Notes under the pieces: model-generated
What the model was told of the DNA's origin: nothing
What the model saw: only the letters and a program-made list of their open reading frames with translations
Database searches by the model: none
Shown here: positions 28,064 through 39,011 of the stretch, one piece after another
How the letters are laid out: every line of letters begins with the position of its first letter
Position numbering within the stretch: position 1 is the first letter of the stretch
NCBI GenBank assembly: GCA_964637885.1
Contig: CAZWXO010000001.1
Location: 111 to 64,110 of the forward strand
DNA length: 64,000 nt
Direction of reading: 5' to 3'
Origin: an uncultured bacterium
GTDB taxonomy: Bacteria > Bacillota > CAZWXO01
Position numbers and translations under genes: made by a program

Positions 28064-28948
28064 ATGGCTTATAGCATGACTGGTTTTGGGCGCGGGATGA
28101 TTGAAAGTGACTCGAGAAAAATTACGGTAGAAATTAAAGCAGTAAATCATCGTTATTTAGAATTATTTATTCGCATGCCAAGGGAATATGCGGAATTTGA
28201 AGATGTGGCCCGCCGACTTGTTGCGATGCTGGTTAATCGCGGTAAGCTGGAATTAAGTGTTGTTGTGGAAAACGTAGTCGAGGGGGAAAAGATAGTCCAC
28301 ATCAATGAATCTTTACTGAGCGATTACGTTTCTAGTTGCGACAAAATTGCTGAAAAATTTGCGCTACAAAAAAATAATCTGGATTTAGTCCGCTTGTTAA
28401 CCTTGCCAGAGGTTGTTAAAGTTAAAAATTGCGAAGCAGATAAGAGTAGTTTTGAAGAAGAACTTAGTGCGGCAATTACCGCCGCGACCTCTGAGTTGCA
28501 GAAAATGCGACACAAAGAAGGCATCAAACTCATCGAGGATATCGCTTCTAGGGTCAAGAGCATTAATGATTTGGTTGTTTTAGCAAAGGAATCTAGTACG
28601 GAAATGATTGAGGAGTACCGGCTGCGCTTGCAAAACAAGTTGAAAAAGCTACTCCCGGATGGTTTGGCTGTCGACGAGAATCGGTTAGCTATGGAGTTGG
28701 TTCTTTTCGCAGACAAATGTGACATCACGGAGGAAGCTGTGCGGCTTGAGAGCCATTCTTCACAATTGATTAATCTTTTGCAAGAAAGTGGACCGATTGG
28801 TCGCAAGCTGGATTTTATCTTGCAGGAAATGAATCGCGAGGTGAACACGATTGGTTCGAAAGCTAACAATACCTCGGTAGCAAAGGTTATGGTGGAGGCC
28901 AAGACAGAACTTGAGAAAATGCGTGAGCAGGCTCAAAATATTGAATAA
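28064..28948 (+). CDS. YicC/YloC-family stress-induced protein
   Basis: MTGFGRG N-terminal signature and a conserved C-terminal DUF1732 region. ATG 28064 has an RBS; the track starts at GTG 28055. Confidence 0.85.
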   Translation: MAYSMTGFGRGMIESDSRKITVEIKAVNHRYLELFIRMPREYAEFEDVARRLVAMLVNRGKLELSVVVENVVEGEKIVHINESLLSDYVSSCDKIAEKFALQKNNLDLVRLLTLPEVVKVKNCEADKSSFEEELSAAITAATSELQKMRHKEGIKLIEDIASRVKSINDLVVLAKESSTEMIEEYRLRLQNKLKKLLPDGLAVDENRLAMELVLFADKCDITEEAVRLESHSSQLINLLQESGPIGRKLDFILQEMNREVNTIGSKANNTSVAKVMVEAKTELEKMREQAQNIE

Positions 28949-28965
28949 ACGATGGAGGTAGGACC

Positions 28966-29226
28966 GTGAGCAATATCAAATTAATCAACATCGGCTTTGG
29001 CAATATTGTTTCCGCTAATCGGATTATTGCGATTGTCAGCCCTGAATCGGCTCCAATTAAACGAGTGATTCAAAGCGCCCGTAATAAGGGCACAGTTGTC
29101 GATGCGACCTATGGTCGCCGTACCCGGGCTGTAATCGTTATGGATAGCGGGCATGTTGTATTATCTGCAGTGCAGCCGGAAACCGTTGCTCATCGTCTTG
29201 GCACCAGAGATGCTTCCGATGAATAG
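28966..29226 (+). CDS. remA: Extracellular-matrix/biofilm regulator RemA (DUF370, YlzA)
   Basis: 86-aa protein with the LINIGFGN ... [18 protein letters not shown] signature; sits between yicC and gmk as in Bacillus. Confidence 0.88.
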   Translation: MSNIKLINIGFGNIVSANRIIAIVSPESAPIKRVIQSARNKGTVVDATYGRRTRAVIVMDSGHVVLSAVQPETVAHRLGTRDASDE

Positions 29227-29806
29227 GAATAGGGGTATTTTATTTGTTTTATCGGGGCCTTCCGGTGTAGGCAAAGGAACCGTTTGCAAAGAACTACTTA
29301 AAAGGACAGGGAATGTCGTCTATTCAATTTCTGCTACGACCCGACCTGCTCGTTCGAATGAAAAAGAGGGGGTTAACTACTTTTTTCTGACACGGCATGA
29401 TTTTGAGGAGAGGATCCGCGAGCACGCTTTTCTCGAATACGCAGATGTTTATGGTAATTATTATGGCACTCCCAAGAATTTTGTTGAAAATAAATTACAA
29501 GCAGGTTATCATGTAATCCTTGAAATTGACATTCAGGGTGCGAAACAGGTTAAAATAAATGTCGACGATGCAGTTTACATTTTTTTAAATCCGCCTGATT
29601 TGGGGGAATTGGAAAAGCGCATAAAAATGCGTGGCTCCGAGACTGACGAGAGTATGGCGATTAGGCTTGCATCGGCCGTATCAGAAATTGACGCCGGCCG
29701 GAATTACGACTATGTCGTTGTCAATCAAGAGGTAGATGTCTCAGTGACTAAAATATTAGCAATTATCGAGGCCGAAGAGTGTCGTGTGTCTAGGTATTAT
29801 GACTAG
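29219..29806 (+). CDS. gmk: Guanylate kinase
   Basis: P-loop GPSGVGKGT and a GMP-binding region. ATG 29219 overlaps the remA stop; the track ORF extends upstream to 29153. Confidence 0.92.
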   Translation: MNRNRGILFVLSGPSGVGKGTVCKELLKRTGNVVYSISATTRPARSNEKEGVNYFFLTRHDFEERIREHAFLEYADVYGNYYGTPKNFVENKLQAGYHVILEIDIQGAKQVKINVDDAVYIFLNPPDLGELEKRIKMRGSETDESMAIRLASAVSEIDAGRNYDYVVVNQEVDVSVTKILAIIEAEECRVSRYYD

Positions 29807-29838
29807 GTGTTGTGAAGGTATTAAGGAGAGTGAGATTC

Positions 29839-30147
29839 TTGAAGTATAAAATTTTTGATGGAGAAAATTTTGTTGGAACAAGTAAATACGCTTTGGTCGT
29901 TGGAGTTTCAAAGCGTGCAAGACAGTTGATGTCAGGCGAGGTGCCGTTAGTTAGCTCCCACGGCCACAAAGCAGTGGTAGTTGCGTTGCAGGAGATTGTC
30001 GAAGATAAAGTTTTTCTAACGACACAAAAGAGGATTGTAAAAAAAGAAGCTCGCAGTGAGACGGACTCTAGCGGCGATGGTGTCGTGGAAAATCCTGCTG
30101 TCGACCAAATTCCTGACGTTGATGCTGAGGAAGTACCTGTTGGATAA
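29839..30147 (+). CDS. rpoZ: DNA-directed RNA polymerase omega subunit RpoZ (extended acidic C-terminus)
   Basis: SKYALVVGVSKRARQL matches the RpoZ core; TTG 29839 is preceded by AAGGAGAG. The track starts at GTG 29812. Confidence 0.8.
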   Translation: MKYKIFDGENFVGTSKYALVVGVSKRARQLMSGEVPLVSSHGHKAVVVALQEIVEDKVFLTTQKRIVKKEARSETDSSGDGVVENPAVDQIPDVDAEEVPVG

Positions 30148-31354
30148 CAATATTTCTGGCAAAAGAATATTATTGGGTGTTACCGGAGGGATCGCCGCAT
30201 ATAAGGTAGTGGACCTTGCAAGTCAGCTGACAAAAGCAGGGGCGGATGTCCAGGTAATCATGACAGAAAATGCTTGCAAATTTGTCGCTCCTCTTACTTT
30301 CAAGACCATCACAAAACGTCCTGTGCTAACGCAGATGTTTCGTGAAGCCTCAATATCATCGGGAGTGGAGCATATCGAACTTGCAGAATTTCCGGACTTG
30401 ATTATTTTAGCACCGGCGACGGGGAACTTTATCGGTAAGATAGCACTGGGCTTAGCGGATGACTTGCTTTCCACAGTATTAATGGCATCGAGAAGCAAGG
30501 TAATTTTAGCGCCGGCAATGAATACTAATATGCTTAACAGCCCTGCTGTACAGCAAAACATTCGTCTACTTGCCGAGCGGGGACATGTCATTGTCGGTTC
30601 GGAAAGTGGTTTTTTAGCTTGCGGTGCGTATGGGGAGGGTCGATTGCCTTCGACAGAGCAGCTTTTACAGGTTGTTTCTAGAGAATTGGGTGGATCAAGC
30701 ACACCACTTGCGGGGAAAAAAATAATTGTAACAGCTGGTCCGACGAGGGCTTATCTTGATCCAGTGCGCTATTTGACTAATCGCTCTTCTGGTAAGATGG
30801 GCTATGCGCTTGCCCGTGCAGCTGCAAGAGCAGGGGCAGAAGTGACTCTGATTTCGGGCCCGGTATCGATTAAATCTCCAGATAGTGTAGATTTAATCCA
30901 AGTTGAAACTGCGGATGAGATGTATCAGGCTTTAATTCAAAGATTTGATGAAGTGGACGCTGTCGTGATGGCTGCGGCAGTATTAGATTTTTCTCCGGCC
31001 AAATATTCTATCGATAAAATAAAAAAAGCTGGTTCAGAGGAACTTTCAATTCTTTTGAAAAAGAATGTCGATATTTTAAATTGTCTAGGCGAAAAAAAAG
31101 TTGGTCAGTTTTTAGTTGGTTTTGCCGCTGAGACCAATGATTTTGAAAAAAACGCCCAGAATAAATTACGCGAGAAAAACCTCGACATGATAGTCCTCAA
31201 TGACGTCAGTCGACGTGATGCTGGCTTTGATGTCGACAATAATGAAGTTAAAATCATCATGCAGGATGGAGAGATGATCGCCACATCTTTAATGGCTAAA
31301 GATGATATCGCAGATATCATCTTGCGGACAATGGCTATTAAGATTGTTGATTAA
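30122..31354 (+). CDS. coaBC: Bifunctional phosphopantothenoylcysteine decarboxylase / phosphopantothenate-cysteine ligase CoaBC
   Basis: Flavoprotein N-domain (ILLGVTGGIAAYK) plus DFP C-domain. The ATG 30122 start gives the canonical N-terminus; the track ORF starts at 30056 inside rpoZ. Confidence 0.9.
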   Translation: MLRKYLLDNNISGKRILLGVTGGIAAYKVVDLASQLTKAGADVQVIMTENACKFVAPLTFKTITKRPVLTQMFREASISSGVEHIELAEFPDLIILAPATGNFIGKIALGLADDLLSTVLMASRSKVILAPAMNTNMLNSPAVQQNIRLLAERGHVIVGSESGFLACGAYGEGRLPSTEQLLQVVSRELGGSSTPLAGKKIIVTAGPTRAYLDPVRYLTNRSSGKMGYALARAAARAGAEVTLISGPVSIKSPDSVDLIQVETADEMYQALIQRFDEVDAVVMAAAVLDFSPAKYSIDKIKKAGSEELSILLKKNVDILNCLGEKKVGQFLVGFAAETNDFEKNAQNKLREKNLDMIVLNDVSRRDAGFDVDNNEVKIIMQDGEMIATSLMAKDDIADIILRTMAIKIVD

Positions 31355-31428
31355 CCAAATTTTTAGTGGTTTAAATGCTCACTTTTTTAGCGCAGTGGCG
31401 TACAATTAAATTATAGGGAGAGGATTAA

Positions 31429-32628
31429 ATGAGTAAAAAAGACTTTCTTTTCACTTCTGAATCGGTGACAGAGGGGCATCCGGACAAGCTGGCTGATCAA
31501 ATTTCAGATGCGGTTTTGGATTCGATTATGGAGCAGGATCCGATGGGGCGCGTGGCATGCGAGACTTCGGTCACGACGGGTATGGTGCTTTGCTTTGGTG
31601 AGATAACAACCAATTGCTATGTGGATATCCCGCGGATCGTGCGGGAGACGGTGGAGGGAATTGGTTATATTAGGGCAAAATATGGTTTTGATCATGAATC
31701 CTGTGCAGTTTTAACTTCGATTGACCGTCAGTCCTGTGATATCGCCATGGGAGTCGATCAGGCTTTGGAGTCAAAGACCGGGGAACAAGCTGAAAATGCG
31801 ATTGATGAAATCGGGGCAGGTGACCAAGGCATGATGTTCGGGTATGCGACAGATGCTACTCCCGAAATGATGCCTCTCCCGATAACATTGGCCCACAAAA
31901 TGTCTAAACGTTTGGCAGAAGAAAGAAAAAATTGCAATATAGATTATTTGCGTCCTGATGGAAAAACTCAGGTGACGGTTCATTACGAAAATGGAATCGC
32001 AAAAGCGATTAAGACCGTTGTCATCTCGGCACAACATCACCCTGAAGTCCTTTGGGATCAGATTCGCCACGATTTGATTGAAAAGGTTGCCAAACCAGTT
32101 ATTCCTCCTGATCTAATGAGTGATGACATTGAGTACTTTATCAATCCAACGGGCCGCTTCGTTATTGGTGGACCACACGGAGATGCAGGATTAACAGGAC
32201 GAAAGATTATTGTGGATACTTATGGCGGGTGGGCACGACACGGTGGCGGCGCCTTTTCAGGCAAGGATCCGACGAAAGTAGACAGATCTGCCAGCTACGC
32301 GGCGCGTCACGTAGCTAAAAATATTGTCGCGGCTGGGATTGCTAAACATTGTGAAGTTCAGCTCGCTTATGCGATTGGCGTGGCGCATCCAGTTTCGATC
32401 ATGGTCGATACATTCGAATCTGGCGTCATTTCCGATGAGGCTATTGTGAAGCTTGTTAGAGAAAGCTTTGATTTGCGCCCGGCGGGGATAATCCGGGATT
32501 TGGATTTGCGGCGTCCAATTTATAAACAAACTGCCGCATACGGTCACTTTGGTCGCTTGGATCTGGATCTTCCTTGGGAACGGATTGATCGGGTAGATAT
32601 TTTGCGCAAGAGTGCAGGTCTGGCTTAA
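31429..32628 (+). CDS. metK: S-adenosylmethionine synthetase MetK
   Basis: GHPDK, GAGDQG and GGGAFSGKD signature motifs; RBS GGGAGAGGA. Confidence 0.96.
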   Translation: MSKKDFLFTSESVTEGHPDKLADQISDAVLDSIMEQDPMGRVACETSVTTGMVLCFGEITTNCYVDIPRIVRETVEGIGYIRAKYGFDHESCAVLTSIDRQSCDIAMGVDQALESKTGEQAENAIDEIGAGDQGMMFGYATDATPEMMPLPITLAHKMSKRLAEERKNCNIDYLRPDGKTQVTVHYENGIAKAIKTVVISAQHHPEVLWDQIRHDLIEKVAKPVIPPDLMSDDIEYFINPTGRFVIGGPHGDAGLTGRKIIVDTYGGWARHGGGAFSGKDPTKVDRSASYAARHVAKNIVAAGIAKHCEVQLAYAIGVAHPVSIMVDTFESGVISDEAIVKLVRESFDLRPAGIIRDLDLRRPIYKQTAAYGHFGRLDLDLPWERIDRVDILRKSAGLA

Positions 32629-32641
32629 AGGATTATTTGAT

Positions 32642-32670
32642 AAAGGGAGCCATTTGGCTCCCTTTATTTA
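32642..32670 (+). terminator. Rho-independent terminator after metK: AAAGGGAGCC-ATTT-GGCTCCCTTT followed by a T-rich tail
   Basis: Perfect 10-bp GC-rich stem with a U-rich tail, read directly from the sequence. Confidence 0.8.
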
Positions 32671-32682
32671 ATTGGAGTAATA

Positions 32683-34944
32683 ATGTTTGCAAAAATTGGG
32701 TTTATAAAACCTGGAATAGATTCACGCTTATATACTTACGCTATCCCTGATTTTTTATTAACCAGCTGCCAGATTGGTCTTCGTGTTAAAGTTAACTTTG
32801 CTGGTAAATTAATCTCGGGCTTCATCATGGAAATAAGTGCAGAGTGTGATGTCGCTGCGAGTAAACTGAAAGAAATATCTAGCATTGAACAATCTGACTT
32901 TGTTCTGTCCTCAGAAGGGGTTGCTTTGGCTTGTTGGCTTGTAGAGCGCTATCATTGTGGATGGGGAGCTGCCCTGAAAACCATGATGCCACCGGGGATT
33001 AATTCACTGACTGTACTATCAAAAACTGCTGCAAAGAAAAAATTGCTGGGTATAGAATTGGCGGTTTCTTCTGATCAAACAAGGCAATTAATCGACTCGA
33101 CCCGGTCCGCAGGACAAAAAGCTGTACTTAGTCATTTACTCAAAATTGAGAGGATGGCAACGGTGGACGAGCTTTCTGATGTTTGCGTTGATTATTCGAT
33201 GCACATGAATAATTTGCTTCGCAAGGGAGCTGTCAAAAAGGTGCTGGATGATCATATACGCATGCCAGCAATCAAGGAATGGTCGGAAAATAGCTGTATC
33301 AAGTCTTTAAATTTTGAGCAAGAGCTGGCACTCAACACCATTCTGGAGGATGTCGAGGAAAATGCGCGTCCGTTCTTCTTGTACGGTGTCACGGGGTCGG
33401 GAAAAACTGAAGTATATCTGCGGCTCATCGAAGCCTGCATTAATGTAGGGAAGCAAGCCGTTCTGCTCATACCCGAAATTGCATTGACTCCGCAAAACAT
33501 TGGTCGCGTCTATGCTAAATTTAAGACGGGAATCGCCATTTTACACAGCGGACTTTCGGAAGGTGAGCGAATTGATCAGTGGAGGATCATTAAGCAAGGC
33601 AAGGCTCGTATTGTAATCGGTGCCCGATCCGCCATTTTTGCTCCATTTGTAAATCTAGGGCTAATCATAGTTGATGAAGAACACGAGAGTAGCTATAAGC
33701 AAGACAATAATCCGCATTATCGCGTCGCTGAAGTAGCAGTCAAGCTGCACGAATTGACGGGTGCTAAATTGCTTTTCGCGTCGGCGACGCCTTCCTACGA
33801 TGCCCTTTTTAAAGTTGAGCGTGGCGAGTATCGCTTTATCGCAATTAAACGCAGATATGACGGTTCGATGCCGCCTGTTGCTGAAATTGTCGATATGCGT
33901 CAAGAACTTCAGGAGGGGAATAATGGTGTTTTCTCAATTAAATTAGTTAAGGAAATATCAGATTCCTTAACTAATGGGTCGCAAGTTATTATCTTTGTTG
34001 GCCGAAGGGGCTATGCAAATTTCATGCTGTGTCGTTCTTGTGGACATGTTATTCGCTGTGATGATTGCGATGTTAGTATGACACTACATAACAACCCTCC
34101 GCGACTTAGTTGTCACTACTGCGGTAGCACAAGAAGTGTGCCTAATCTTTGTCCGGCATGCTCTTCTGCTTTTATCAGAGCTTTTGGGGTAGGGACAGAA
34201 AAGGTTTGCGACGAATTAGCAAAAATTTTCCCTGAGGCTGGAATTGTCCGGATGGATTACGATACGACGCGAAAAAAAGGAGATTATGATAGGATTTTAG
34301 GTGATTTTGCCCAAGGCAAGGCTAATATCCTTGTGGGAACACAGATGGTGATAAAAGGGCATGACTTTCCCAATGTAACTCTTGCAGCTGTTGTCAATGC
34401 AGATACATTACTGCATTTTCCGGATTATCGAGCTGGAGAAAGATCTTTGCAACAATTAACGCAAGTGGCAGGCCGAGCTGGCAGAGGGAGTTTGGGGGGA
34501 AAGGTTGTCGTCCAGACGTATTTTCCTCAACATGTCGCCTTGCAAGCCTTGCTACGTAATGATTATAATTATGCTTACAATCAAGAGATTAAGAAACGAA
34601 AATTTTTACAATATCCGCCGTATACAAATATAGTTCGTGTGTTGCTATCTTCCCTGCAAGAAGACAAAATATGCACTTTTTCGCGTGATTTTGCGGCGTC
34701 AGTTGGGAAAAAAGTTGCTTTGCTGGAAAATAGCAAGATGATTACCCTGCGTGGCCCAGCCCCTTCACCAATATCAAAGTTGCAGCGCTTTCATCGCTGG
34801 CAATTTTTTGTTAAGGCTCCAGCAACTTATAATTTGAAGGACATATTAGATATAATTGAGGAAGCCTACGCAGAGATTGTTGCTCAACTTGGCAACAAAA
34901 ACGTTTTGATGGTCTGGGAGATTAATCCTGAAAGTGTATTATAA
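32683..34944 (+). CDS. priA: Primosomal protein N' (PriA helicase)
   Basis: Walker A GVTGSGKTEVY, DEAD-like DEEH box, Cys-rich zinc-binding insert (CRSCGHVIRCDDCD...CHYCG...CPAC). Confidence 0.93.
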   Translation: MFAKIGFIKPGIDSRLYTYAIPDFLLTSCQIGLRVKVNFAGKLISGFIMEISAECDVAASKLKEISSIEQSDFVLSSEGVALACWLVERYHCGWGAALKTMMPPGINSLTVLSKTAAKKKLLGIELAVSSDQTRQLIDSTRSAGQKAVLSHLLKIERMATVDELSDVCVDYSMHMNNLLRKGAVKKVLDDHIRMPAIKEWSENSCIKSLNFEQELALNTILEDVEENARPFFLYGVTGSGKTEVYLRLIEACINVGKQAVLLIPEIALTPQNIGRVYAKFKTGIAILHSGLSEGERIDQWRIIKQGKARIVIGARSAIFAPFVNLGLIIVDEEHESSYKQDNNPHYRVAEVAVKLHELTGAKLLFASATPSYDALFKVERGEYRFIAIKRRYDGSMPPVAEIVDMRQELQEGNNGVFSIKLVKEISDSLTNGSQVIIFVGRRGYANFMLCRSCGHVIRCDDCDVSMTLHNNPPRLSCHYCGSTRSVPNLCPACSSAFIRAFGVGTEKVCDELAKIFPEAGIVRMDYDTTRKKGDYDRILGDFAQGKANILVGTQMVIKGHDFPNVTLAAVVNADTLLHFPDYRAGERSLQQLTQVAGRAGRGSLGGKVVVQTYFPQHVALQALLRNDYNYAYNQEIKKRKFLQYPPYTNIVRVLLSSLQEDKICTFSRDFAASVGKKVALLENSKMITLRGPAPSPISKLQRFHRWQFFVKAPATYNLKDILDIIEEAYAEIVAQLGNKNVLMVWEINPESVL

Positions 34945-34970
34945 AATTGTGGGGTGTTAAGGTGAGCGAG

Positions 34971-35417
34971 ATGAAGATTGTTTGTGACGGCGATCCCGTA
35001 TTGCGAAAAAAAGCGCGCGATGTTTCAAAAGTTACCAAGGAAACGACAAAACTCCTAGACCAGATGCTGGAAACGATGCGAGTCGCGCAAGGCGTTGGAT
35101 TAGCGGCTCCTCAGGTGGGTATTGACCGGCGCATAATTATCGTTGATATCGGCGAAGGCGTCTTTGAGTTCATCAATCCACACATATTAGCGTCTGGAGG
35201 ATCTTTGGTGGATGTTGAAGGTTGTTTAAGTGTCCCTGGTATTAATGGGGAAGTAGAACGAAAAGCGTGGGTAGAGTTGGAAGCACTTAATCGTTTTAGC
35301 CAGAAAATATCTTTGAAGGCAGACGGTTTATTTGCGAGAGTCATTCAACATGAAATCGATCACCTTGAGGGCATTTTATTTATCGATCGTGCCAGAAACA
35401 TCGAGTACAATGATTAG
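34971..35417 (+). CDS. def: Peptide deformylase
   Basis: GVGLAAPQVG, EGCLS and QHEIDHLEG metal-binding motifs. ATG 34971 has an RBS; the track starts at 34947. Confidence 0.92.
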   Translation: MKIVCDGDPVLRKKARDVSKVTKETTKLLDQMLETMRVAQGVGLAAPQVGIDRRIIIVDIGEGVFEFINPHILASGGSLVDVEGCLSVPGINGEVERKAWVELEALNRFSQKISLKADGLFARVIQHEIDHLEGILFIDRARNIEYND

Positions 35418-35427
35418 GAGTTGCGAT

Positions 35428-36405
35428 TTGGATAATAAAGTTCTTAAATGTGTCTTTATGGGTACTCCGGAATTTGCTGTTCCCGTTTTGAGGCGATTGC
35501 ATACAGATGGCTATAGGATTGTTGCTGTAATTAGCCAGCCGGATCGCCCGCAGGGGAGAAAACGAGCCGTTGAGCCAACACCAGTTAAAAAAGCCGCATT
35601 AGAGTTTGGCCTTGATGTGTACCAGCCAGCAAGCCTCAGGGAGAAGGCGTGCGTTCAGCTATTGCAAGATTTGACGCCGGACGTGATTGTTGTTGCCGCA
35701 TATGGAAATCTGCTCACAAAAGAGGTGCTTGAAATTCCTCGGCTCGGTTGTATTAATGTGCATGCTTCACTTTTGCCGGACTTACGTGGTGCCGCTCCAA
35801 TACAGTTTGCGCTGCTTCGAGGTTATCCAAAGACAGGGATTTCCATAATGCAGATGGAAGTAGGGCTAGACTCTGGTCCGGTGTATGCGCAAAAGGCGAT
35901 CGAAATAACAGAAGAGGATGATGTTCGAAGCCTCAGTCTCAAACTATCCAACCTAGGGGCAGAGTTGTGTGCAGAAGTTATTTCTAATCTAGTTGAAGGG
36001 AAACTTGAACTGATTCCGCAAGATGAAACTGGGGTATCCTATGCCCCGAAAATTGGAAGAAGCGATGAAATCATTGATTGGACCAGGAGCGCCGAGGAGA
36101 TTCACAATCACATTCGCGCCATGAGTCCAATTCCTGGGGCAATGACTCAGATTGAAACAAAAAATTTAAAAATTTACCGCAGTTCAGTTATTCAATTCGA
36201 CGGAGTCACCGCCGCTTTACCTGGTGAAATTGTAAAAATAAATAAAGATGGCATCACCGTTGCTTGCGGGCTAGGTTTTATAAATATTCTAGATTTGCAG
36301 CTTGCAGGCAAGAAGAGGTTGCCAGTAGCAGCTTTTGTCAGTGGAGATGTTTTGAAAATCGGGCAGCATTTTGAACGGAAAAGCATGGTAGCTGATGAAG
36401 CGTAA
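35428..36405 (+). CDS. fmt: Methionyl-tRNA formyltransferase
   Basis: VFMGTPEFAVP N-terminus, the formyltransferase HASLLP catalytic motif, and a C-terminal beta-barrel. TTG 35428 is preceded by TAGGAG; alternatives are ATG 35410 and ATG 35458. Confidence 0.88.
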   Translation: MDNKVLKCVFMGTPEFAVPVLRRLHTDGYRIVAVISQPDRPQGRKRAVEPTPVKKAALEFGLDVYQPASLREKACVQLLQDLTPDVIVVAAYGNLLTKEVLEIPRLGCINVHASLLPDLRGAAPIQFALLRGYPKTGISIMQMEVGLDSGPVYAQKAIEITEEDDVRSLSLKLSNLGAELCAEVISNLVEGKLELIPQDETGVSYAPKIGRSDEIIDWTRSAEEIHNHIRAMSPIPGAMTQIETKNLKIYRSSVIQFDGVTAALPGEIVKINKDGITVACGLGFINILDLQLAGKKRLPVAAFVSGDVLKIGQHFERKSMVADEA

Positions 36406-36940
36406 GAAAAAGTTGTATCAGCTGGATCATAGTTTTTTTCATTTGCTGATGATAGTTAATTTCGGTAGTCTATTGCCGGCAAAGTATCGTGACTCTTGGC
36501 AGCGCAAAATGATTACCCATAACAATGAACTAGTTTCGCGCAAGTGGGCGATAAAAAAGCCTGAGAATATCCTCATATTGTTACCGCATTGTTTGCAAGT
36601 GGCAGATTGTCCCCATCGTTTGACGGGAGGGATGGACAATTGTCGGCGTTGTGGAAGATGCCAGATGGGTGAATTGCTGGACCTTGCTAATAGCCGGAGG
36701 CAAAATATCCGAGTTGTTGGGGGAGGCTCTCTGGCGAGGTTGGCGATCTCGAAGATTAGGCCAGATATTGTTATTGCCGTCGCTTGTGAAAAGGATCTGT
36801 ATGATGGCATCAGGGATGTCTATCCTTTGCAAGTTTATGGCTTGTTAAATCAGCGTCCGAACGGGCCCTGTTTCAATACTAAACTGGAAATAAAAGATTT
36901 AATAAATACTCTAGACTACTTTATTGGAGGAAAAAAATAA
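36395..36940 (+). CDS. DUF116-domain protein (Cys-rich, CxxC...CxxC)
   Basis: Conserved Cys cluster (CPHRLTGGMDNCRRCGRC); typical position between fmt and rsmB in Clostridia. Confidence 0.65.
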   Translation: MKRKKKLYQLDHSFFHLLMIVNFGSLLPAKYRDSWQRKMITHNNELVSRKWAIKKPENILILLPHCLQVADCPHRLTGGMDNCRRCGRCQMGELLDLANSRRQNIRVVGGGSLARLAISKIRPDIVIAVACEKDLYDGIRDVYPLQVYGLLNQRPNGPCFNTKLEIKDLINTLDYFIGGKK

Positions 36941-37617
36941 TGTTTTATGATGCTACATTTATTTTGCTAATTCCAGCTATATTGTTGACTCTGTATGCGC
37001 AGTTCAAAGTCAAAAATACATATCGGCGTTTTTCTCAAGTCTACTCAGGCTCAGGACGCCAGGCTAGCATTGTCGCTCGGGAAATACTCGATGCCGGAGG
37101 ATTGCAGCACGTACGCATTGAGCGTGTCGCCGGGGAATTGACGGATCACTACGATCCCCGGGATCAGGTTTTGCGTCTTTCGACCGGGGTTTATGATTCT
37201 CCATCAATCGCAGCTTATGGCATTGCGGCACACGAAGCAGGGCATGCGATGCAGCACAAAAATAAATACGTTCCCTTGTCCATAAGATCTATGATCGTGC
37301 CAGTCGCGAGTTTTGGATCTAACGCGGCAATGCCATTGTTTCTAGCGGGACTCATATTTCAGTTTGGTTTGTTAATGGATATCGGGATTATTTTCTTCTC
37401 TTTGGCAGTTGTTTTTCAGGTTGTAACACTACCTGTTGAATTTAATGCTAGCTCTCGTGCAATGGCTTTACTTGGTTCTGGAAATTACGTCAACTCTGTC
37501 GAGTTGGGGATGGTAAAGAAAGTGCTGGGAGCCGCTGCATTGACTTACGTTGCGGCCATGGCTGTCGCACTACTGAATCTGATTAGATTAGTTATTTTAA
37601 GAGGATCGCGCAATTGA
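36940..37617 (+). CDS. Membrane zinc metallopeptidase (Zn_peptidase_2 / YugP-like), HEXXH
   Basis: HEAGHAMQH motif flanked by TM helices. Confidence 0.75.
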   Translation: MFYDATFILLIPAILLTLYAQFKVKNTYRRFSQVYSGSGRQASIVAREILDAGGLQHVRIERVAGELTDHYDPRDQVLRLSTGVYDSPSIAAYGIAAHEAGHAMQHKNKYVPLSIRSMIVPVASFGSNAAMPLFLAGLIFQFGLLMDIGIIFFSLAVVFQVVTLPVEFNASSRAMALLGSGNYVNSVELGMVKKVLGAAALTYVAAMAVALLNLIRLVILRGSRN

Positions 37618-39008
37618 GAGATAATGAGGCAGTTGAAGCATACGAGCGTAATGGCAGGGCACGGTCATACGCTGTTCGAGCATTAACCCGTGTTTTTGAT
37701 GATGGAGCCTATGCTAATCTCGTCATCGCAGCGTTTCAAAAAAAGAATTTAATGAATCCGCGCGAAACCCCACTTTTTTATGAACTAGTGGCCGGAACTA
37801 CTCGCCGCATCAACACAATCGATTATGTGTTGAACCAATTTTTAAAGAGTGGCAATTTGTCGAAATTGCCAGCTGTTGTTCGAGATGCATTGCGGGTTGG
37901 CGCATACCAGTTACTATTTTTGGATGGTATCGAGCCTAGTTGTGCGGTCGATGCTTCTGTTGAGATAGTTAAGAAGGGAAAATATAAGGGTTTTTCGGGT
38001 ATGGTCAATGGTGTATTGCGGAAGATAGCACGAGCTGAAAAATGCAGTATACTTGATTTTTCCGGCTTGAGCCAGATTGCAATGCTGTCTTTGAAGCATT
38101 CGTTTCCAGAATGGTTGGTAGCTAAATGGTTACAATCGTTTTCTGCAGACAGAGTTAATTTAATCTGTGAACATTTTAATAATAAACATGGATTGTTTGC
38201 CTATTGCAATAAAACCAAACAGAACATTGTGATTTTGCTGACGGCCCTCGAAGCGGAGGATTGGAATTGCCGCAGTACAAATAGTTTTAGCGATGTTATC
38301 GATCTCGGTAAAAATTTTAAACCTGAAAAATCAACTGCTTTTCTACAGGGGGGTATGCATATCGTGGATTTGCCTTCTGTTCTTGTAGCTAAAGCGGTTG
38401 GAGCAAATCCAGGGGATAAAGTGATTGATTTGTGCGCTGCTCCTGGGGGCAAAACTTTTTGCATGGCGGCGGACATGGAAGGCAAAGGCAGTATTTACGC
38501 TTGTGACGTCGATAATGGGCGTTTAGATTTAATTCGTGACAACATGGCTCGCTTGGGTTATTCTGATCAATTTCTGCACTTAATTAAGAACGATGCTACG
38601 GAAAAGCCCCGAGAGGATTGGATTGGCTACTTCGATAGAGTACTTGTCGATGCCCCATGTTCTGGAACCGGAGTCATGGGACGAAAGGCAGACGCCAGGT
38701 GGCGGAAATCATCCCATGATATTGCGGTCTTAGCAAGTATCCAAATAAAAATACTTTCACAAGCCGCAATGCTTGTCAAACCTGGGGGGACCCTGGTGTA
38801 CAGTACTTGTTCTATGGAGCAGGAAGAAGGGGAAGATGTCGTTAATCAATTCCTAGCCCAAAATAGTAAATTTTCAGTCGAGCATTTTTGCGCCGATGAC
38901 GGCGTTTTTGCGACTTACTTCAATGAGGATGGTTTTTTGCGCACGTTTCCACACATCCACGATTTAGATGGATTTTTTATAGCTCGCATGCGCTGTGCAG
39001 GGGAGTAG
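37614..39008 (+). CDS. rsmB: 16S rRNA m5C967 methyltransferase RsmB (Sun)
   Basis: NusB-like N-domain plus a SAM MTase core (DLCAAPGGKT, DAPCSGTGV, the catalytic Cys motif TLVYSTCS). Confidence 0.92.
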   Translation: MRDNEAVEAYERNGRARSYAVRALTRVFDDGAYANLVIAAFQKKNLMNPRETPLFYELVAGTTRRINTIDYVLNQFLKSGNLSKLPAVVRDALRVGAYQLLFLDGIEPSCAVDASVEIVKKGKYKGFSGMVNGVLRKIARAEKCSILDFSGLSQIAMLSLKHSFPEWLVAKWLQSFSADRVNLICEHFNNKHGLFAYCNKTKQNIVILLTALEAEDWNCRSTNSFSDVIDLGKNFKPEKSTAFLQGGMHIVDLPSVLVAKAVGANPGDKVIDLCAAPGGKTFCMAADMEGKGSIYACDVDNGRLDLIRDNMARLGYSDQFLHLIKNDATEKPREDWIGYFDRVLVDAPCSGTGVMGRKADARWRKSSHDIAVLASIQIKILSQAAMLVKPGGTLVYSTCSMEQEEGEDVVNQFLAQNSKFSVEHFCADDGVFATYFNEDGFLRTFPHIHDLDGFFIARMRCAGE

Positions 39009-39011
39009 CAA

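Noticed and set aside
31355-31428. Possible SAM (S-box) riboswitch upstream of metK
   Set aside because: The intergenic region is only 74 nt and has none of the conserved S-box helices or the kink-turn. It is too short for a SAM-I aptamer.
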